From contig CAMWLB010000001.1 of assembly GCA_947174985.1 (NCBI GenBank), positions 1-38,065 of the forward strand: a stretch of 38,065 nt of DNA. The letters are read 5' to 3'. The notes below the pieces were generated by a model that made no database searches, had not been told where the DNA came from, and worked only from the letters and a program-made list of their open reading frames with translations. Shown here one piece after another: positions 19,280-26,980 of this stretch. The stretch's first letter is position 1, and every line of letters starts with the position of its first letter. The translations under genes and the position numbers were made by a program. The stretch is from an uncultured Lachnospiraceae bacterium. Its GTDB lineage: Bacteria > Bacillota > Clostridia > Lachnospirales > Lachnospiraceae.

Positions 19280-19309
19280 ACATACCGTACAAGCTCTAAT
19301 CCATATACT
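19280..19309 (+). promoter_or_regulatory. sigmaE/sigmaK-like promoter of the small ORF-recombinase operon
   Basis: ACATACC-15 bp-CATATACT; no clear sigmaA promoter seen here. Confidence 0.5.
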
Positions 19310-19340
19310 TGTGTGAAAGGTGTTTCGGAGATACGGCGTA

Positions 19341-19469
19341 TTGGAGAAGGAAGGAAAGGAAAATATATCCTACAGTATTGAGAGGGAGTTTTTGGAAAAA
19401 GTTGATGTTTCTGAGCTGATAAGCCGTATTATTCGGGCACATGTAAAGCCAGAGGTGAAAACGTCGTGA
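19341..19469 (+). CDS. 42-aa ORF coupled to the recombinase (candidate recombination directionality factor; absent from the ORF track)
   Basis: TTG start after GGAG; MEKEGKENISYSIEREFLEKVDVSELISRIIRAHVKPEVKTS; TGA overlaps the recombinase GTG (GTGA). Confidence 0.55.
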   Translation: MEKEGKENISYSIEREFLEKVDVSELISRIIRAHVKPEVKTS

Positions 19470-21067
19470 AGACTTTTTTTAATGCTGCGGCATATATTAG
19501 GTTGTCCAGAGAAGACGGCGACAAAGCGGAAAGTGACAGCATAAGCAATCAGAGAAGACTCATTGCTGATTATGTAAAAGAAAAAGAAGATTTGGCGATA
19601 TATGATACCTATGTTGACGACGGTTTCACGGGGATCGATTTTAACCGTCCGTCGTTTCGGCGGATGATTGACGACATTGAAGCCGGAAAAGTAAATTGTG
19701 TGATTGTTAAGGATTTATCTCGTTTCGGGCGCGATTATATCGATACAGGCAGGTATCTGGAACGGTATTTTCCCGAGAGGGACGTGCGTTTTATTTCTGT
19801 CACGGACAGTATTGACAGCGCAAAGCAGGCATATGACATGCTTCTGCCAATTAAGAATATTTTTAATGAACAGTACGCAAGGGATATTTCCCAAAAAATT
19901 CATGCCGCTGTCAGAACCAAACAAAAGGCAGGGGAATTTATCGGAGCATTTGCTTCTTATGGTTACCGGAAAGCGTCGTCGGACAAGAACAGGCTGGTCG
20001 TGGATGCATATGCGGCGGAGATTGTAAGAAGAATTTTTGAGTTGTATATCAGAGGCTGCGGAAAACTCCGCATTGCTGCCATATTAAATGAGGAGGGCAT
20101 TGTCTGCCCGTCTGAGTATAAGAAAATCAATGGCGAGAATTACAGAAATGCCCGCCGTCTGAACAGCACCTCTTATTGGACATATTCTACCATAAACCGT
20201 ATTTTACAGAATGAAATGTATATTGGTAATATGGTGCAGGGCAGAAAGCGCCAGCAGATGAGAAGTAGGGCAAGGGCGGCGGAACGCAGTGAATGGATTG
20301 TGGTGGAGGGAACCCACGAAGCAATCATTGACAAGGATACATGGGAAAAAACACAGGAGCTGTTAAAACGCAGGACGAGAAATATGGATTTGCACAGGAA
20401 CACGGCAGTTTTTGCCGGTTTTCTGAAATGCGGCGACTGTGGGAGGGCATTGGTAAAAAAGGCATATGCGCCGGAGCATAACGGCAAAAAAAGCGAGTCC
20501 GGCGTCAACTATTATTGCGGGACATATGTGCGCTCCGGCAGGCAGTATTGTACGCCACACAAGATTGGATACGATGTGTTGGAAAATATTATACTGGGCG
20601 ATTTGAAGGTTATGCTTCAAAGCACGGACAATTTGAAAGAGCTTGCAGCCGGAGGGATGGCGGGCAGCATGGCTGTGCCGGACAGTAGGGAAGCCGCAAA
20701 GATAACAACACAGGCAGAGCTTGAAAAAATCCGAAAGCTGAAAAAGGCGGTCTATGAAGATTATCGGGAAGAACTGATTTCGAAAGAGGAGTTTGTCAGT
20801 TACAGGCAGGACTATGCCCAAAAAGAAGAATTACTGGTCAAACAACTGTCATGTGTGGAAAAAAAGACTGGCAGTGCGGAGGAAAATGTCTTCGATACAG
20901 CGTGGTTTCAACGTCTGTTGGAATATCGGGAGGTGGAAAAACTGGACAGGGCGGTGGTGGTTGAAATGCTCCATGAAATCAAGGTGTACGAAAACCATAG
21001 AGTTAAAATTACCTATAATTTTTCCGGCGAATTGTCTCCGCTTTTTGCGGATAATGCATACGGCTGA
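19466..21067 (+). CDS. large serine recombinase (SpoIVCA/TnpX-like family)
   Basis: YIRLS catalytic Ser, DDGFTG..FNRP, VKDLSRFGR, YGY, HEAII, zinc ribbon CGDC...YYC...C, coiled coil. Confidence 0.96.
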   Translation: MKTFFNAAAYIRLSREDGDKAESDSISNQRRLIADYVKEKEDLAIYDTYVDDGFTGIDFNRPSFRRMIDDIEAGKVNCVIVKDLSRFGRDYIDTGRYLERYFPERDVRFISVTDSIDSAKQAYDMLLPIKNIFNEQYARDISQKIHAAVRTKQKAGEFIGAFASYGYRKASSDKNRLVVDAYAAEIVRRIFELYIRGCGKLRIAAILNEEGIVCPSEYKKINGENYRNARRLNSTSYWTYSTINRILQNEMYIGNMVQGRKRQQMRSRARAAERSEWIVVEGTHEAIIDKDTWEKTQELLKRRTRNMDLHRNTAVFAGFLKCGDCGRALVKKAYAPEHNGKKSESGVNYYCGTYVRSGRQYCTPHKIGYDVLENIILGDLKVMLQSTDNLKELAAGGMAGSMAVPDSREAAKITTQAELEKIRKLKKAVYEDYREELISKEEFVSYRQDYAQKEELLVKQLSCVEKKTGSAEENVFDTAWFQRLLEYREVEKLDRAVVVEMLHEIKVYENHRVKITYNFSGELSPLFADNAYG

Positions 21068-21097
21068 CATTAGCAGACTGAAAGGGATAAAATTAAT

Positions 21098-21622
21098 TTG
21101 AAGATACAAATTGTGGAAAGCATGTCCGGACATAAGGTGGTAGTTCTGCCGGAAATTATTTTTAAAAACAGACAAAATATTGACTGGAACGCAGTTGAAA
21201 AATATTTGCAGAGGTATGTTGGAGAGATTGTTAGGATTGCAGAGACAGAAGATATTGTCTATATTGGCATAGATTTTCCGAACGAATATAAAGGCTCTAA
21301 ATATACCAAACGTTTGAAGGGGGCTAATGCGAAAGCAAAAGCAAATGCGGCGCAGGGGATTCTGGAAATGTTGGAAATTGCTACAGAAAGGCATTTTAGT
21401 GAAAATCGAAAGAATAAACACTCCACTAGCGCAGGAAATGGTTGGTATTATTATACAACATATTTTGCGCTGCCTATATATGAAGATAATGTAAAAACAA
21501 ATAATTACCATATTTATTCTGCTTGTCTACTTATCAATCGGACAAAGTTCGGAAAGATGTATTTGTATGATTTGGTAGATATAAAAAGAGAAGCAAGTAC
21601 CCCACTCAAGACTATCAACTAG
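21098..21622 (+). CDS. hypothetical protein resembling LPD3/PBECR-like (RelE/barnase-like fold) domains
   Basis: Basic protein with AKAKANA, NRKNKH, GWYYY and YLYDLVDIK motifs; family assignment from memory only. Confidence 0.55.
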   Translation: MKIQIVESMSGHKVVVLPEIIFKNRQNIDWNAVEKYLQRYVGEIVRIAETEDIVYIGIDFPNEYKGSKYTKRLKGANAKAKANAAQGILEMLEIATERHFSENRKNKHSTSAGNGWYYYTTYFALPIYEDNVKTNNYHIYSACLLINRTKFGKMYLYDLVDIKREASTPLKTIN

Positions 21623-21684
21623 ACAAGTGGTACAAAACTGCTTCTCTTTGAATAAACAATAGTATTTTTATTTAATATTGTCAA
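21585..21684 (-). ncRNA. putative ~65-nt antisense RNA with its own sigmaA promoter
   Basis: Minus-strand TTGACA(21684-21679)-17 bp-TATTGT; the transcript would fold AAAGAGAAGCA/TGCTTCTCTTT and end in Us, overlapping the last 38 nt of the 21098 ORF. Confidence 0.4.
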
Positions 21685-21718
21685 GTGCTTTTCGACAAAT
21701 TTTGAAAAGCGAGGAGTG

Positions 21719-22327
21719 TTACACAATCGGGAAATCAAAATAGCAGTCGGGATAGGGTTCATCTTTCAGCAGATAATGCCACCACTCGTTTTCATAGGCT
21801 TCGAAACCGCTGTATTCCATGATGGAGCGTAACAGTCTGCGGTGTTTTGCTTCGGCGGCTGTAACATCTGTTGAGGCATGGTGCGAGCGTTCGTCCATGA
21901 AATCAAAATCGCTTCCCATAGCAACCATATCGCCTGTGTCCAACTGATAAATGGTAAGGTCAACGGCGCTTCCCCGACTGTGGCTTGACTGTGAGGCGAC
22001 GTACCCCAGGGATATCATTTCTTCCCGCGCAATATTGGGGTAATGCTTTTCCTTTGTGCGGCCGTCTTCCGGCTGCTCGGACCAGCGGAGAAAGCAGTCT
22101 ACTGCGCGCTGGGGGCGATAGGCGTCCCAGAGAAGCAGGCCATATCCAAGGGCGGCGGCCTGTTCCCGGGCTTTTTGCAATGCCTCTGCCAGTTCAAAGG
22201 TTCCGACGATTCGATTGGCTTCGTATCCGTTTACCGGCCTTCCGGTGAAGTTATCCCATGTGGCATATTTGGCGTCCCAACGGATTCCATGCACTGCTTC
22301 ATCTAAAAAGACAAATCCTTTTTCCAT
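21719..22327 (-). CDS. vanX: D-Ala-D-Ala dipeptidase VanX (202 aa)
   Basis: MEKGFVFLDE...WDAKYATWDNFTG, DAYRPQ, SSHSRGSAVD, EWWHY. Confidence 0.97.
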   Translation of the reverse strand: MEKGFVFLDEAVHGIRWDAKYATWDNFTGRPVNGYEANRIVGTFELAEALQKAREQAAALGYGLLLWDAYRPQRAVDCFLRWSEQPEDGRTKEKHYPNIAREEMISLGYVASQSSHSRGSAVDLTIYQLDTGDMVAMGSDFDFMDERSHHASTDVTAAEAKHRRLLRSIMEYSGFEAYENEWWHYLLKDEPYPDCYFDFPIV

Positions 22328-22332
22328 ATGTA

Positions 22333-23364
22333 TCACCCCCTTTTTGCCAGCGAAATAAGACGGTCGATTATCTCTGAAACAGTGATTCCGGCAGATTTCA
22401 TCATGCGTGGATAGCGGCTGTAGGAGGTAAAACCGGGCAGGGTATTGACTTCATTGAGTACAATGCGTCCATCCTCCTGCAGGAACATGTCAACGCGGGC
22501 GAGTCCTCTGCAGCCGAGGGCCCGATAAATTGTCTTGGCAGTCTCTTTTAATTCTGTCTGTTTTTGGGGAGGCAGATTTGCCGGAACGGTAAAGGCTGCA
22601 TTTTCAGAGCCGTTTTCGGGGTCGGATTCTTGATGTATGCGGAAGAAACCGTGAGACAGGGTAATGGAATCTATTTCGCCGGTAATTAAAAAGTTGCTAT
22701 TTCCAAGCACGGCGCAGCCGGTTTCCACACCGGAAACGGCCTGTTCAATCAGGACCTTGTTGTCATATTGCAGTGCCATTTTGATAGCGGCATCCAGTTC
22801 GCTTTCCTGATACACCTTGCTCACGCCAAAAGAGGAACCTGAGCGGGCGGGCTTTACAAAGACCGGATAGGCTGGGATATCAATCTCCGGCATGTCATCA
22901 GGATGTAAAATCTGAAATGCAGGAACGGCGATGCCGGCATTTGCCGCCATTATGTAGGCAAGAGATTTGTCCATGCAGATTGCCGAGGCTGCAATGTCGC
23001 AGCCAACGTAAGGGATACCGGATAACTCCAGCAAGCCCTGTATGGAGCCGTCCTCGCCAAACCTGCCATGCAGAACAGGGAAAACTACGTCGATATAGAT
23101 GGTCCGGCATTTGTCGTCTGGAAGGGTTATAAGTCCATGCACCGTCCTGTCCGGAGAGATGGCCGCTGGGCAGCACTTTCCGTTTTCCCAATCGGGACAG
23201 GGCTTTTCACACATCAGCCAGCTGCCGGAGCGTGTAATGCCGACATAGGTTATATCGTACTTTTCCGTGTCAATATAGTTTGCGATTTCCTGTGCCGATT
23301 TGACAGAGACATCGTGCTCTTCCGAGCATCCTCCGAACAAAACGGCAATCTTTAGTTTATTCAT
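22333..23364 (-). CDS. vanA: D-Ala-D-lactate ligase, VanA/VanB/VanD-like (type not assignable by eye)
   Basis: FGGCSEEHDVSVKSA, KPARSGSSFG, omega loop FFRIHQE..PE.GSENA with the D-Lac-selective His, NEVNTLPGFTSYSRYPRM; 343 aa; located between vanH and vanX. Confidence 0.92.
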   Translation of the reverse strand: MNKLKIAVLFGGCSEEHDVSVKSAQEIANYIDTEKYDITYVGITRSGSWLMCEKPCPDWENGKCCPAAISPDRTVHGLITLPDDKCRTIYIDVVFPVLHGRFGEDGSIQGLLELSGIPYVGCDIAASAICMDKSLAYIMAANAGIAVPAFQILHPDDMPEIDIPAYPVFVKPARSGSSFGVSKVYQESELDAAIKMALQYDNKVLIEQAVSGVETGCAVLGNSNFLITGEIDSITLSHGFFRIHQESDPENGSENAAFTVPANLPPQKQTELKETAKTIYRALGCRGLARVDMFLQEDGRIVLNEVNTLPGFTSYSRYPRMMKSAGITVSEIIDRLISLAKRG

Positions 23365-24316
23365 TCTTTTGTTTCCTTTCGTATGTTAGGCAATTTAACA
23401 GTGTTTTTTCAACCGTGTCATATAGAACATGGCGTGTGTAATATGCCGTATGCGGCGTGACAATGACATTCTGTATTTTTTGAAGTCTTGGCAGGAAGGG
23501 ATGGGAAAGTGGTTTCTGTGAATAGTCAGAATAGAAAATTTCTTCTTCTCCTTCCAGTACGTCAAGGGCGGCTCCGCCCAGCCGATGGTTTTCCAGTGCA
23601 TGGATGAATGCTTCCGTATCGATAAGAGCGCCGCGTGCGGTGTTGACCAAAATAGCGTCCTGCTTCATCATTTTGAATTGTTCTTTGCCGATGAGGTGGT
23701 GCGTATCGGCGTTAAGCGGTACATGGAGCGTGACAACGTCGCTTTTTTCAAGCAGTTCATGCAGTGGTACGCTGCCCGCACTGTTATTTATGTCGCAAAC
23801 CAGTACATGACAGCCAAAGGCGTGGAGTCTCTTAATTACGGCGCGTCCGATATGTCCTGCGCCTACAACACCGACCGTCATGCCGCTCAGTTCCTTTCCG
23901 CGGACGGGCGGCAGGCGGAAGTCATTGTGCGCCACCTGCTTCAGTGTGGATTTTGCGGTGCGCAGTGCCATCAGTATCAGCATCAGTGTATAGTCGGCGA
24001 CTCCGTCCGGCGGATATGCCACATTTTCAACAGTGATTCCAAGTTTTTGGGCGGCTTTGGAATCGATATGGTCATACCCGATGCTGCGGGTGCAGATGTA
24101 TGTGACACCGGCTTTTTGCAGTGCTGATAAATCAGATTCGGCTATACGAGATTTGTGCCCCACACTGATACAGCGGCTGCAGGGGCAGGGGATGCTGTCG
24201 TGTCTTGCCGGTTCTGACAAAATGACAGGCACAATGCCGAAACGCGGTGAAAGTTCACGGAACGCCTCTGCTTCATCTTTTTCACAGTTGAATATGGTAA
24301 TTTCCAGCGGTTTCAT
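23357..24316 (-). CDS. vanH: D-lactate dehydrogenase VanH
   Basis: CISVGHKS, TRSIGYDHID, VADYTLMLILMALR, GAGHIG, NTARG, TPHTAYYT. Confidence 0.95.
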   Translation of the reverse strand: MKPLEITIFNCEKDEAEAFRELSPRFGIVPVILSEPARHDSIPCPCSRCISVGHKSRIAESDLSALQKAGVTYICTRSIGYDHIDSKAAQKLGITVENVAYPPDGVADYTLMLILMALRTAKSTLKQVAHNDFRLPPVRGKELSGMTVGVVGAGHIGRAVIKRLHAFGCHVLVCDINNSAGSVPLHELLEKSDVVTLHVPLNADTHHLIGKEQFKMMKQDAILVNTARGALIDTEAFIHALENHRLGGAALDVLEGEEEIFYSDYSQKPLSHPFLPRLQKIQNVIVTPHTAYYTRHVLYDTVEKTLLNCLTYERKQKNE

Positions 24317-24358
24317 CTTTCATTTCCGGTTATCCTTTCCTTGGATTTGGCAATGGCT

Positions 24359-25060
24359 TTATTTTTCGATGGTGTATCCGACGCCCCACACCGTTTTGAT
24401 GAACTTTGGGTTTCTGGCAGGCTCGCTCATTTTTTCTCTCAGCCTGCCGATATGGGCCATAACCGTGTTGTTATCAATCAGGGCTCTTTCCCCCCATACC
24501 GCTTCAAACAGCTCTTCCGAAGAAATGACAATTCCCCGATGCTCGCAGAGATACCAGAGAATGGAAAATTCTATGGGCGTCAGGTGCAATTCCCTGCCAT
24601 ACAGAGTGCATTTATGACTGTCTCTGTTGATGACAAGCTCACTGATGGCATATTCATGTGCGGTTTCGGCCTGTTTGGGGGCGGGTTGGTTATACTGCAT
24701 ATACCGCCGCAGTTGTGTTTTTGCTCTTGCAGCCACTTCAAGTGGGGTGATAGGGTTTGTGATATAGTCGTCAGCGCCGATTGTCAGTCCCATAATCGTG
24801 GCACTGTCGTCAGATTTTGTGGAGAGCATGATAATGGGGTAATAAGATTTCGCCCTGATTCTTTTGCAGATTTGGAAACCGTCCACATCGGGAAGCTGCG
24901 CGTCCAGTATTGCCAGGTCCAAAGCTGTATTCTCGATACAGGAAAGCGCCTCGAGACCTGTGTAAAATTTGTGGACAGTGTATCCGTCATTTGTAAGGTA
25001 GACAGCTATGACATCTGCCAGTTCTTTTTCATTAACCGCTACCAGAATATGTATGCTCAT
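24359..25060 (-). CDS. vanR: VanR-like OmpR-family regulator with a degenerate receiver domain
   Basis: DLAILD53, GLTIGADDYIT, NNTVMAHIGRLREKM, IKTVWGVGYTIEK; acidic pair and conserved Lys are substituted. Confidence 0.88.
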   Translation of the reverse strand: MSIHILVAVNEKELADVIAVYLTNDGYTVHKFYTGLEALSCIENTALDLAILDAQLPDVDGFQICKRIRAKSYYPIIMLSTKSDDSATIMGLTIGADDYITNPITPLEVAARAKTQLRRYMQYNQPAPKQAETAHEYAISELVINRDSHKCTLYGRELHLTPIEFSILWYLCEHRGIVISSEELFEAVWGERALIDNNTVMAHIGRLREKMSEPARNPKFIKTVWGVGYTIEK

Positions 25061-25109
25061 TTTGTACCCGTGTCTTCCTTTGTGATATTTTTACTTTAAT
25101 TTCGCAATT

Positions 25110-25175
25110 ATTATATCAATGAATAAGGATGGGGTTCTTTTGTTTTATCTGCGAATTTTCCTAAGATTTTCTTAA
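25110..25175 (-). promoter_or_regulatory. van operon promoter: extended -10 plus tandem 11-bp OmpR/VanR-type boxes
   Basis: Minus strand TGATATAAT (25118-25110); TTAAGAAAATC/TTAGGAAAATT tandem repeat (25175-25154). Confidence 0.6.
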
Positions 25176-25180
25176 AAAGA

Positions 25181-25216
25181 AAAACTGCCGCAAGTAACCG
25201 CCGCCACATGGCGGCG
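25181..25216 (+). repeat. attR: element arm plus core CATGGCGGCG
   Basis: AAAACTGCCGCAAGTAACCGCCGCCA|CA|TGGCGGCG. Confidence 0.88.
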
Positions 25217-25761
25217 ACGACCCGGGAAAGGTCGGGATTAACGGGGCACTGGAAAAGGATTTGAACTTGGAGATTGCATTGCTTGTAAAAAAGTATCTGG
25301 AGATGGATGACGTCAGGGTGGTAATGACGAGAGAAGGTGAAGACGGTCTTTACGACGCAGGCGCTTCCAATAAAAAAGTACAGGACATGAAGAGGCGGAT
25401 AGCAATTATTGAAGAGACAGAGCCGGTTATAACGGTTAGCATCCATCAGAATAGTTATCCGGAGGAATATGTCCATGGCGCGCAGGTCTTTTTCTATTCG
25501 GGAAGTGCGGAGGGACAAAAACTGGCAGAAAAAATACAGAACAGGCTGATTGTCGGATTGGACCCGGATAACCATCGCGGCGTCAAACCAAATGACAGTT
25601 ACTATCTTTTGAAAAAAACGCCGACGACGATTGTAATTGTCGAATGTGGATTTCTGTCTAACACCGAGGAAGCGGAAAAGCTTTGTTCGGAAGAATACCA
25701 GGAAAAGCTGGCATGGGAAATCCATTTGGGCATTATGCAGTACTTAAATGAGTTGAAATAG
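25207..25761 (+). CDS. cwlD: 3' segment of the interrupted CwlD-type amidase (Amidase_3)
   Basis: Reads HGGDDPGKVGINGALEKDLNLEIA...DMKRR...SIHQNS...GAQVFF...VECGFLSN from the core repeat; has no start or RBS of its own. Confidence 0.9.
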   Translation, partial: HGGDDPGKVGINGALEKDLNLEIALLVKKYLEMDDVRVVMTREGEDGLYDAGASNKKVQDMKRRIAIIEETEPVITVSIHQNSYPEEYVHGAQVFFYSGSAEGQKLAEKIQNRLIVGLDPDNHRGVKPNDSYYLLKKTPTTIVIVECGFLSNTEEAEKLCSEEYQEKLAWEIHLGIMQYLNELK

Positions 25762-25792
25762 GTAAAAAACTACCCCCTTTCGGGGGCAGTCC

Positions 25793-26920
25793 TTATGCAT
25801 GCAGAAGCTCCTGCAAATATTCAATTAAAACCTTTGCCGCTCTTATATGTGAGGCAAAGCCCGGGTGCATGTGTGAGCCGACGGTCTCCTCGGTGGTATT
25901 GGGGAGATGTAAAAAGAAGGTCTTGATATCGCCGGTTTCGTTGCGGAAGGTGTTGATGGCATCCGTGATTGCAAGGGAAAGATTATAGCCCAGCATACCG
26001 TATGTCCATACAATATAGGAGGAAGGGTTGCAGCGTCTGAGCACATGCAGGAAATCGACAACAGCCTGCTCGAAACGTGCGAGGTCATCGGCACGGAAGG
26101 AACCGTCTTCATTCAGATGCTGCTTAAAGGTTTCTCCTGTTTCGGGGTCGGACCATTCTGGCTGGCTGAAGGCGCTGCAGTCATTGGTTCCCAGATTTAC
26201 GATGATGGCGTCGGGCTGCCATTCAGCAAAAGGATTGTCTTTCTGCGCGCCAAGCGCTTCGTTGACAGAGCCGCCTGCCAATCCGCAAATTTTTGTGTAA
26301 TAAGTGGGGAGATTGTGGTGGGGATTGTTGTCCCAGCCGCAGAGCGCGCCCCAGCCGCCCTGTGAAATCAATCGGGCTTCTGCATTCAGCGCCTGTGCGG
26401 TGAGAGCAGCATAATTCCTGCTTACACCCATGTACATGGGAATCCAGTCCACATCTTCTTTGGCACCATAAGTGCCTTCGCCGGAAGTAATACTGTCGCC
26501 GATAAACTCCAGTTTAAATTTTCTGTCAGGGATTGGTGAAAAATGACCGTCGGTCTGGAAGCCCCGAATCAGTATGTGACAGGCATCGTCCTCCGACATG
26601 GCCTGCAGTTCCCTGACAAACTGCACGTTTTTTACAGCCTCCGGACTCATGCCGCGGAACAGGCACAGGGAATAGCTGCCGGGCAGCAGCATCTGTCTGC
26701 TCATCACGGCGCCGTTGATTGCACAGCAGATCCACGGCTCATGGCAGTCAAAATCCACATCGATATCAATCCAAAGCTCCGAACCGGTCACATTCACCTC
26801 TATGGCGCTTCCGTTCCAGAACAAAGGCAGAGGATACTGGCTGGAATCCGTTCTGCCGTGTACCTTGTAGTGGGGTACTTCTTGTAATGTATAAGTCTTC
26901 AGGTTCTCGTTTTTTGTCAT
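25793..26920 (-). CDS. SGNH/GDSL esterase (CE2-like)
   Basis: EFIGDSITSGEG, VNLGTND, C-terminal HP; RBS before ATG 26920. Confidence 0.85.
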   Translation of the reverse strand: MTKNENLKTYTLQEVPHYKVHGRTDSSQYPLPLFWNGSAIEVNVTGSELWIDIDVDFDCHEPWICCAINGAVMSRQMLLPGSYSLCLFRGMSPEAVKNVQFVRELQAMSEDDACHILIRGFQTDGHFSPIPDRKFKLEFIGDSITSGEGTYGAKEDVDWIPMYMGVSRNYAALTAQALNAEARLISQGGWGALCGWDNNPHHNLPTYYTKICGLAGGSVNEALGAQKDNPFAEWQPDAIIVNLGTNDCSAFSQPEWSDPETGETFKQHLNEDGSFRADDLARFEQAVVDFLHVLRRCNPSSYIVWTYGMLGYNLSLAITDAINTFRNETGDIKTFFLHLPNTTEETVGSHMHPGFASHIRAAKVLIEYLQELLHA

Positions 26921-26980
26921 TATGTTTTCTCCGTTTCTGCAGCTTATCATAAAACTGCCTGTGTTGAGTATATTGTATTT

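Larger units (their letters stand above)
18592..25216. mobile_element. 6,615-bp serine-recombinase integrative element interrupting cwlD (skin-like), carrying van genes
   Basis: 10-bp direct repeat at both ends; split host gene in frame across the repeat; internal large serine recombinase. Confidence 0.92.

Noticed and set aside
18592-25216. Transposon with a 10-bp target-site duplication, prophage or ICE
   Set aside because: No transposase, phage structural, relaxase or T4SS genes; the symmetry around CA fits serine-integrase att sites
25261-25761. Independent 166-aa amidase or dead pseudogene
   Set aside because: No RBS at the TTG; the frame extends back to the core repeat and joins the 5' half with no lesions
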